A DNA stretch of 64,000 nucleotides from Ignavibacteria bacterium UBA2360 (GTDB lineage Bacteria; Bacteroidota; Ignavibacteria; Tepidaquicellales; OLB5): assembly GCA_002344125.1 (NCBI GenBank), contig DDTQ01000004.1, positions 4,717-68,716 of the forward strand, written 5' to 3'. Position numbers and translations under genes: made by a program. Below the pieces are notes generated by a model. It did no database searches and was not told where the DNA came from. It saw only the letters and a list, made by a program, of their open reading frames with translations. Every line of letters begins with the position of its first letter. The first letter of the stretch is position 1. This document shows, piece by piece, positions 57,934 to 64,000 of this stretch.

Positions 57934-58932
57934 TTACTTTTCATCCTTTAGATTTCGTGTCATAAGTTTTTCTGTTGCATGGTGCGGGTCTTTACCCAAA
58001 AACAGAACTTTATACACCTGTTCAATTATTGGCAGTTCTACGCCAAGTTTATGGGCAAGTTCATGGGTTGATTCAGTTGTTGCTACACCCTCGGCTACCA
58101 TTTTCATTTCCGCAAGAACCTGTTTCAGCTTCTTACCTTTACCGATCTCTTCGCCAACAAAACGGTTGCGGGAGTGTTTGCTCATACATGTAACAATTAA
58201 ATCGCCAATGCCTGAAAGTCCCATAAAAGTATGCTCCTCCGCGCCAAACCTCATGCCAAATCTGGTTATCTCTCTTAAACCTCTTGTCATAATGGCAGCC
58301 TTCGTGTTATCACCAAATCCTGCACCGTCTGCAATGCCTGCGGCAATTGCTATAACGTTCTTTAACGCTCCGCCGAGCTCAACTCCGGCAACATCGCCGC
58401 TTTTGTAAACCCTGAAGTACCTGTTAGAAAACGCCTTCTGAATTTTCTCTGTGTTTTTTTCGTCAAAGCCGGCTGCGGCTACTGCTGTTGGAATGTGTTT
58501 TGCCACTTCTTCGGCATGTGAGGGTCCGGAAAGTACCGTGATATTGCGTTTTTCTATATTATTAAATACATTCTGAAATATCTGAGATACGGTCATCAGG
58601 GTATGATTTTCAATACCTTTTGATACACTCAATATTACCCTGTTTGTAAAATCTATATCTTTGATATGCTCAATAACTCCCCTGATATACTGGGTAGGTG
58701 TAGCTACCACAATCAGATCTTTGCCTTCAACGGCCTCATGTATATCGCTTGAGATCGTGATCTTTTCGGGGATCTTTATCTTGGGAAGGTAATAAAAATT
58801 TTCGCGGAATTCGCTTAATGTATGGGCATATTCTTTGTCATACTCCCACAGGGTAACCTTATGCCTGTTATTGTGAAGTATTATTCCTAATGCTGTACCC
58901 CAGCCGCCGGAACCTAAAATGCATATATTCAT
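57934..58932 (-). CDS. gpsA: NAD(P)H-dependent glycerol-3-phosphate dehydrogenase
   Basis: MNICILGSGGWGTALG Rossmann fold, GALKNVIAIAAGI, RNRFVGEEIGKG. Confidence 0.9.
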   Translation of the reverse strand: MNICILGSGGWGTALGIILHNNRHKVTLWEYDKEYAHTLSEFRENFYYLPKIKIPEKITISSDIHEAVEGKDLIVVATPTQYIRGVIEHIKDIDFTNRVILSVSKGIENHTLMTVSQIFQNVFNNIEKRNITVLSGPSHAEEVAKHIPTAVAAAGFDEKNTEKIQKAFSNRYFRVYKSGDVAGVELGGALKNVIAIAAGIADGAGFGDNTKAAIMTRGLREITRFGMRFGAEEHTFMGLSGIGDLIVTCMSKHSRNRFVGEEIGKGKKLKQVLAEMKMVAEGVATTESTHELAHKLGVELPIIEQVYKVLFLGKDPHHATEKLMTRNLKDEK

Positions 58933-59002
58933 ATAGCAAATTTATCTATAAAAATTTACTTATAAAATGTTATTTTACGGTTCAATGAACGGTGCCGCGA
59001 AG

Positions 59003-60508
59003 CTAAACAGCTTTTCTTATTGAACGCTCAAAGTGTTCAACTTTCTCTGTTAGCCAGCTTCTGGATGTTATGTTCCTGCACTTCTTAAGCTGAACTGCAA
59101 GTGAAGATATATCGGTCTTGCTGTTTGAGCCCTGGTAGTTTACCAGTTTGGTAACAAACTTACAAAGATTTTCGTAGGAAGTTTTTTTATCTTCACTTAC
59201 CATTGTATTTTCGTTGAGGTATTTTTTAAATGCCTTTACTGCTGCCAGAGCAGATTCGTACTCCTCGAGCTCAAAATAGATCATAATGTACAGGCTGCGG
59301 ATATCCAGGTGGTACGAAAACTCTTCCATCCTTATCCTGCTCAGCCAGCTGAGCGAGTCATTGAAATTGCCCCGGGCGAAGTTCAGGTATGCGTAACTGA
59401 AATTCAGTATATCGGCTTTTCTTGCTGGGTGAAGCTCCCGGCCGTAATCTTCAATGAAATCTTCCAGCCATCTTAATTCCTTCATCTTCACCGACTGGAT
59501 AAGGATATTGCGGTACAGATCCACTGGCATGAATTTGCTTGCTTCAGTGGTGTAATATTTGTTTTCCAGAAGTATCTTGTAGAGTTCAAAAAGCTCTCTT
59601 TCGTATTTCATTGCATCCGGCGGCAGCTGATCGCGTTTTAGGATACAATAGCCGCTGAGCTTTGAAAACAGGAAGTGTTTATCGGTTTGGCTGAATTGAT
59701 CCAGGTGGTTTACCACGGATTCCTTAAGCTCAGTGTAGAATTCATCATTTTCAAAATACAGGTACGCCTTCAGTGAATTTATGTATGCTCTTACTATTTC
59801 AGAGCCTGCCATTGCGTGAGATTTCATGAATATTTCGAGCCGCTGAAAATCGAACAGGTTCAGGAATTGTGAAATGAATTTTTTGTTGCGCTGAATGTTG
59901 AAAGAACGTGAGTAATTCAGAAGGGTATCGTTATGTTTAATTGCTTCGAGCATAAAGTAACTTATAAAATAAGTTATTCCTTTAATAAGCTTGCCCGCTT
60001 CAGTATCAACAAAGCTCTTTTTGGTTATTTTATCATTTATCATGCCGAAATAAAATTTTTCGGTCTCAAGCTTAAAATTATTCAAACACGCGTCCGCGTC
60101 TATCATTTGGGCGGAGCCCATTATCTTTTCTGCTTCGCGTATGGTAATTGCATGCATCCGCTCTGAGCCTCTTACTGCCAGCTCTTCTATAGTAAACAAT
60201 GCGGATTCCGCGTCCTTGCGTTCAATATACTGCTGGCGGATAAACTTTGAAACCAGCTGCTGAAGGTCATATAAAAGCCTGCGCATGGTCAGCTCGTTGT
60301 AAGGCAGCTCAGGTGTAATTTTTTTATGCAGTTCTTCCTTTGCAAGCTTCGGGCTTTCAAAGTTAGGATGATATTTAATAATAATATCAAACAATTTCAC
60401 CACTTTAGCGCTTTTGTTAAAGTACGGCGAAACTATGAACTTTCTGAGTGATCTTATTTCATCTCTGGTAAGGGATTCCAGCAATTCTATAAACGCGTAA
60501 TCAAGCAT
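59003..60508 (-). CDS. hypothetical 501-aa all-helical protein
   Basis: A long intact ORF with helical/TPR-like composition. No catalytic or binding motif recognised. Confidence 0.6.
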   Translation of the reverse strand: MLDYAFIELLESLTRDEIRSLRKFIVSPYFNKSAKVVKLFDIIIKYHPNFESPKLAKEELHKKITPELPYNELTMRRLLYDLQQLVSKFIRQQYIERKDAESALFTIEELAVRGSERMHAITIREAEKIMGSAQMIDADACLNNFKLETEKFYFGMINDKITKKSFVDTEAGKLIKGITYFISYFMLEAIKHNDTLLNYSRSFNIQRNKKFISQFLNLFDFQRLEIFMKSHAMAGSEIVRAYINSLKAYLYFENDEFYTELKESVVNHLDQFSQTDKHFLFSKLSGYCILKRDQLPPDAMKYERELFELYKILLENKYYTTEASKFMPVDLYRNILIQSVKMKELRWLEDFIEDYGRELHPARKADILNFSYAYLNFARGNFNDSLSWLSRIRMEEFSYHLDIRSLYIMIYFELEEYESALAAVKAFKKYLNENTMVSEDKKTSYENLCKFVTKLVNYQGSNSKTDISSLAVQLKKCRNITSRSWLTEKVEHFERSIRKAV

Positions 60509-60738
60509 TTTTATATTTATTTATATGTAAATATAAGCAACTCAAAATCCTTAAGCAATAGTAAAATATGTTAAAATATATGCAATTTAAAGCATATTTT
60601 TACCGCTTTGTCATCCGGAAGGCGAAGAAATAAGCAACTTTATGCCAAAAAAGTGGTGGCAGACTCCCTTTTTAACAGTTATGTTTGAACAGATAAGAAA
60701 ATAAACAAACAACAAATAATTAAATCCCTATAAAAAAA

Positions 60739-60951
60739 ATGAAAAAGACATTATTAACACTCGCTTTAACCCTTAGCCTCGTAACCGGTTTCACAACAGT
60801 ATCAACCTTTGCAGCAGTTAACACGGCAAATACTACACAAAATAACGGATCAAGAGTTTTCATAAAAGTTTATGAAGATGGAGCAATTTGGGTTTACGTT
60901 TACACCGAAGACGGTACATTTGTAACCAAGTACGTTGAAGAGAACTTATAA
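60739..60951 (+). CDS. 70-aa secreted mini-protein (signal peptide plus ~45 aa)
   Basis: MKKTLLTLALTLSLVTGFTTVSTFA signal peptide. It ends with tandem TAA TAA. Confidence 0.45.
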   Translation: MKKTLLTLALTLSLVTGFTTVSTFAAVNTANTTQNNGSRVFIKVYEDGAIWVYVYTEDGTFVTKYVEENL

Positions 60952-60969
60952 TAAATTTTTTAAACAAAA

Positions 60970-61191
60970 TTGTCTAAGATAAAATTCAGCATAGAAAAGC
61001 CCGGAAATGTTACCCTTGAAATTTACAACCTGATAGGCTTGAAAATTGATGAACTTCCGGCCGGACATCTTGAAGTGGGGGATCACACGGTGTTCTGGAA
61101 GCCGAAATATAATCTTTCGGGCAGCGTGCTGAACTACAGGATTGAACTGAATAAACAGGTAATAAAAGAAAATATGTTTATCGTGAGATAA
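60970..61191 (+). CDS. stand-alone T9SS C-terminal-sorting-domain-like ORF (possible gene remnant)
   Basis: TTG start. IKFSIEKPGNVTLEIYNLIGLKIDEL...GDHTVFWKP...SGSVLNYRIEL resembles a T9SS tail. It is in the same reading frame as the 60739 ORF, separated by three stop codons. Confidence 0.35.
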   Translation: MSKIKFSIEKPGNVTLEIYNLIGLKIDELPAGHLEVGDHTVFWKPKYNLSGSVLNYRIELNKQVIKENMFIVR

Positions 61192-61311
61192 CCCTGAAAA
61201 AAGATCTCAGGCTTTTGAATATAAATTATTAGATGTGATAATTCCGATTATATCGGATGCACCCGAAAAAAAGGCCTAGCAGAAAAAGAGTCTCTTATGT
61301 GATAATTGACC

Positions 61312-61352
61312 AAACAGAGCAATAAATGAAAGTTTATTGCTCTGTTTTTTTT
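61312..61352 (+). terminator. strong rho-independent terminator in a long intergenic region
   Basis: Perfect 15-bp stem aaacagagcaataaa / tttattgctctgttt with loop tgaaag. The T-rich 3' arm runs on as a T-tract to 61352. It lies 120 nt past the nearest stop codon. Confidence 0.75.
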
Positions 61353-61408
61353 GTAGCGGATCGAGTTGAAAGCTTTAATTAAAGGGAAGCAACTTTTAGA
61401 ATTGGTAC

Positions 61409-61437
61409 TTGACAAAGCAAAGTTGTTTTATTATTTT
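61409..61437 (+). promoter_or_regulatory. near-consensus sigma70-type promoter
   Basis: TTGACA (61409-61414), a 17-nt spacer, then TATTTT (61432-61437). Confidence 0.4.
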
Positions 61438-61450
61438 ACAATATAACTTT

Positions 61451-61507
61451 AGGGGGGTTAAGCAGGAGTGGTTTCCTGCTCGACCTCCTTTTTTATTTTT
61501 TTGAATA
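61451..61507 (+). terminator. two-tier hairpin plus long T-tract ~15 nt downstream of the candidate promoter (tiny sRNA or attenuator)
   Basis: Inner stem agcagga / tcctgct with loop gtggtt. Outer stem aggggggt / cgacctcct is partly paired. It is followed by ttttttatttttttt. Confidence 0.55.
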
Positions 61508-61572
61508 ATTTTGATAAAAGCTTGAGTTATGTTAAATAAATTATTAATTTACACAAACCTAAAATTTATATT

Positions 61573-63195
61573 TTGAACCTGAGACTAAAAATATACTTAA
61601 TTTTTACTTTTACGATAATACTTCAGTATTTTTCCGGTGTTGTTTTTGCTCAACTGCCAACGCAGCAATGGGTTGCCCGTTATAATGGTGTTAATAATGG
61701 AGATGAGACGGCAGTGGATATGGCCTTGGATTCATCCGGCAATATTTACGTAACAGGCAGGGATGGCGATGTGCCCGAGGGCTTCGTAACAATTAAATAT
61801 AACTCAGCCGGTGTGCAGCAATGGACTGCCCGCTATACGTTAATTTCAACTATTATCCCCATACCGGTTAAAATTGCGGTTGATAGAAACGGAAATGTAT
61901 ATGTTATTGCCTACGATTATGAGTGCATATTGGTTAAATATAATAATAATGGAATACAGCAATGGGTGAGAAGATATCATGGTCCTATGGGGACAGGCGG
62001 GGATAACGCTTTCAAGGATATTGCAATAGACTCTGCAAATAATATATATGTAACAGGTAAGTCAAGGGTTACAAATCTCGTAGGAGATCTGGTAACGTTA
62101 AAATATGACCCGGCAGGTGTTCTTATCTGGGTCAAAAGCTACAATAGAGTTTCAGGGGATACAGGAGGTGCAGGCGGAAAATCGATTGTTATAGATAAGC
62201 AGCATAACATAATTGTAACAGGTAATCAGGAAACTTCAAATGGTTCAAATGTTCTCACTATAAAATATAATATAAATGGCGATTCGTTATGGAACAGAGA
62301 ATATAGAAGTGTATATAACCGGAATGACGAAGGTTATATTGTAAGAACAGATTCACAAAATAATATTTATGTAGCAGGACACACTGAAAGAACTATTTCA
62401 GATAATCTTATATTAACTTTAAAGTATAACTCTTCCGGAGTTTTTCAATGGAATAGTTTTTATCATGGTCCCGCACCGGATTCAGTAACCGGAACCACAA
62501 TTAATATCCCACATGATATGATTGTGGACGGGCTTGGTAATGTTATCGTTACAGGCGAAAGCACTACACCAGAGACTGATTATGATTACGCAACAATAAA
62601 ATATAATACTAATGGTATAGAGCAGTGGTCAAGAAGATATACACGACCTGGCTGGGAAATAGATATTCCTAATTCATTAACATTAGATAGTTCAGGAAAT
62701 GTTTATGTAACAGGTTACGTCCATACGCTTAAGTATGATCCTTTGGGCAGTGTAGTTTGGGAATTTGATAATTTTTACAGTGGAAGATATTATTCAGGAA
62801 TAAAAATTTTATTGGCAAACAATAACGATATGTTACTATTTGGCACATACTTTTCAATACCATATTGGGATTTAATAACGTTTAGATTTTCACAGGTAAC
62901 TGGTATTAATCAAATTATTAATAGCGTACCCGAAAGCTACTTTTTAGGTCAAAACTATCCAAACCCATTTAATCCTGATACTAAAATATCTTTTGGGATT
63001 CCAGGATCAGGTGTTGTTAAAATAAAAGTTTTTGATGTTTCAGGAAGAATTATCTCTGTTATATTAGATAAATATTTAACTGCAGGCTCTTATGTTGTTG
63101 ATTTTGACGGAGGAAACTATTCAAGCGGCATTTATTTTTATAAAATTGAAAATGATAATTTTATAGAAACCAAGAAAATGATATTATTAAAGTAA
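61573..63195 (+). CDS. SBBP beta-propeller repeat protein with T9SS C-terminal sorting domain
   Basis: TTG start and signal peptide. Repeated units D..GN(I/V)YVTG ... (T/L)(I/L)KY(N/D)..G...W. C-terminus NYPNPFNPDTKISFGIP...SGIYFYKI...KKMILLK. Confidence 0.75.
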   Translation: MNLRLKIYLIFTFTIILQYFSGVVFAQLPTQQWVARYNGVNNGDETAVDMALDSSGNIYVTGRDGDVPEGFVTIKYNSAGVQQWTARYTLISTIIPIPVKIAVDRNGNVYVIAYDYECILVKYNNNGIQQWVRRYHGPMGTGGDNAFKDIAIDSANNIYVTGKSRVTNLVGDLVTLKYDPAGVLIWVKSYNRVSGDTGGAGGKSIVIDKQHNIIVTGNQETSNGSNVLTIKYNINGDSLWNREYRSVYNRNDEGYIVRTDSQNNIYVAGHTERTISDNLILTLKYNSSGVFQWNSFYHGPAPDSVTGTTINIPHDMIVDGLGNVIVTGESTTPETDYDYATIKYNTNGIEQWSRRYTRPGWEIDIPNSLTLDSSGNVYVTGYVHTLKYDPLGSVVWEFDNFYSGRYYSGIKILLANNNDMLLFGTYFSIPYWDLITFRFSQVTGINQIINSVPESYFLGQNYPNPFNPDTKISFGIPGSGVVKIKVFDVSGRIISVILDKYLTAGSYVVDFDGGNYSSGIYFYKIENDNFIETKKMILLK

Positions 63196-63218
63196 TACCG
63201 ATTTATATTCAACAAAAC

Positions 63219-63244
63219 AAAAGGCGGGATAAACCCGCCTTTTC
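63219..63244. terminator. bidirectional terminator between convergent genes
   Basis: aaggcggg ataaa cccgcctt hairpin, flanked by an A-run on the left and a T-run on the right. Confidence 0.7.
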
Positions 63245-63246
63245 AA

Positions 63247-63963
63247 TTATAAATCCTTAACTTTTTTCTTTCGCTTAAACGGCGCGTCTATTTGTATCCA
63301 GCGGACCTTCCACCATTTTTCAAACCTGTTCTCTTCGCCATACAGCAGCCTTTTTATATTTGCCCTGTGATTGTAAGTCAAAAATATACATACGGCAAGA
63401 CTGAAGTATATCAGCGTATGGTAGCCGTCAATATCAACCCCGAAAACATTTTCCCTTATAAACATAGCGCTGGGGAAGGAATAAGCGGCTACTATTGAAC
63501 CAAGCGATACATATCCTGAAAACATAAGCACCACTATGAACATTCCAATTGCAATTGTAGCGTCAACCGGGGCCAGACTTAGCAGCATTCCGGCTGTAGT
63601 ATTGATACCCTTGCCGCCTTTAAAGCCTGCAAATACCGTCCACACATGGCCTATTATCGCGGATATTCCGGCAATAAGCTGTACTATTGTAAAATCCGTG
63701 AACGGCGTGCGGTTTTCAAACGGCAGGCTGCCGAAAAATAATTTTGATATCAAAAGTGTTGCTATAAATCCTTTGGCAATATCAACTAACTGAACCAGCA
63801 CGCCGATCTTCCAGCCAAGCACACGGAAAGCGTTGGTACTGCCCATATTTTTGCTGCCAAGCTGCCTGATATCGACCCCTTTAAAAAGTTTGCCGAATAC
63901 CAGCGCCGTTGGGAATGAACCCACAAGGTAACTTAATGCAATTATTATAATTAAATATAACAT
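63247..63963 (-). CDS. plsY: glycerol-3-phosphate acyltransferase PlsY (with ~40-aa basic C-terminal extension)
   Basis: YLVGSFPTALVFGKLFKGVDIRQLGSKNMGSTNAFRVLG and GFKGGKG motifs. 238 aa is longer than the ~200 aa I recall as usual. Confidence 0.88.
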   Translation of the reverse strand: MLYLIIIIALSYLVGSFPTALVFGKLFKGVDIRQLGSKNMGSTNAFRVLGWKIGVLVQLVDIAKGFIATLLISKLFFGSLPFENRTPFTDFTIVQLIAGISAIIGHVWTVFAGFKGGKGINTTAGMLLSLAPVDATIAIGMFIVVLMFSGYVSLGSIVAAYSFPSAMFIRENVFGVDIDGYHTLIYFSLAVCIFLTYNHRANIKRLLYGEENRFEKWWKVRWIQIDAPFKRKKKVKDL

Positions 63964-64000
63964 GATTATAATATACTATACTCTTTCATTAATTAACAGT

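Overview
This is a 64-kb chromosomal window, most likely from an Ignavibacteria-like member of the FCB group. The lineage call is an inference from several type IX secretion (T9SS) C-terminal sorting domains (NYPNPFNP...KKMxLxK), a PorV-like barrel, a GWxTD protein, and Shine-Dalgarno sites ahead of many genes. I call about 53 densely packed protein-coding genes, mostly housekeeping: pdxJ, cobB, lptB, kup, xerD, cca, fbaB, ygfZ, ligA, kdsA, nadC, gpsA and plsY. By eye I found no rRNA, tRNA, CRISPR array, transposase or phage genes. All domain calls come from reading motifs in the supplied translations; no searches were run. Accessory content: (1) A roughly 2.9-kb AT-rich island (47.1-50.0 kb) encodes a bacterial ROCO protein (LRR-Roc GTPase-COR). 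Its extreme C-terminal motif recurs at the N-terminus of the 105-aa protein encoded just downstream. This is my best candidate for an undescribed two-component signalling or conflict module. (2) A same-strand four-gene outer-membrane module: a TonB-dependent receptor, a 1097-aa unknown protein with a divergent T9SS-like tail, a PorV-like barrel and a GWxTD protein. (3) Three T9SS cargo proteins: an S8 protease, a BNR propeller and an SBBP propeller. (4) Several families of GC-rich palindromic elements, including two copies inserted in frame inside a YkgJ-type Cys-cluster gene and a 130-bp nested-hairpin element. (5) Smaller oddities: the kup N-terminus lacks a canonical start codon, a signal-peptide ORF and a T9SS-tail-only ORF lie in the same frame, short repeat arrays flank a His-tailed membrane protein gene, and there is a promoter-plus-terminator mini-unit.
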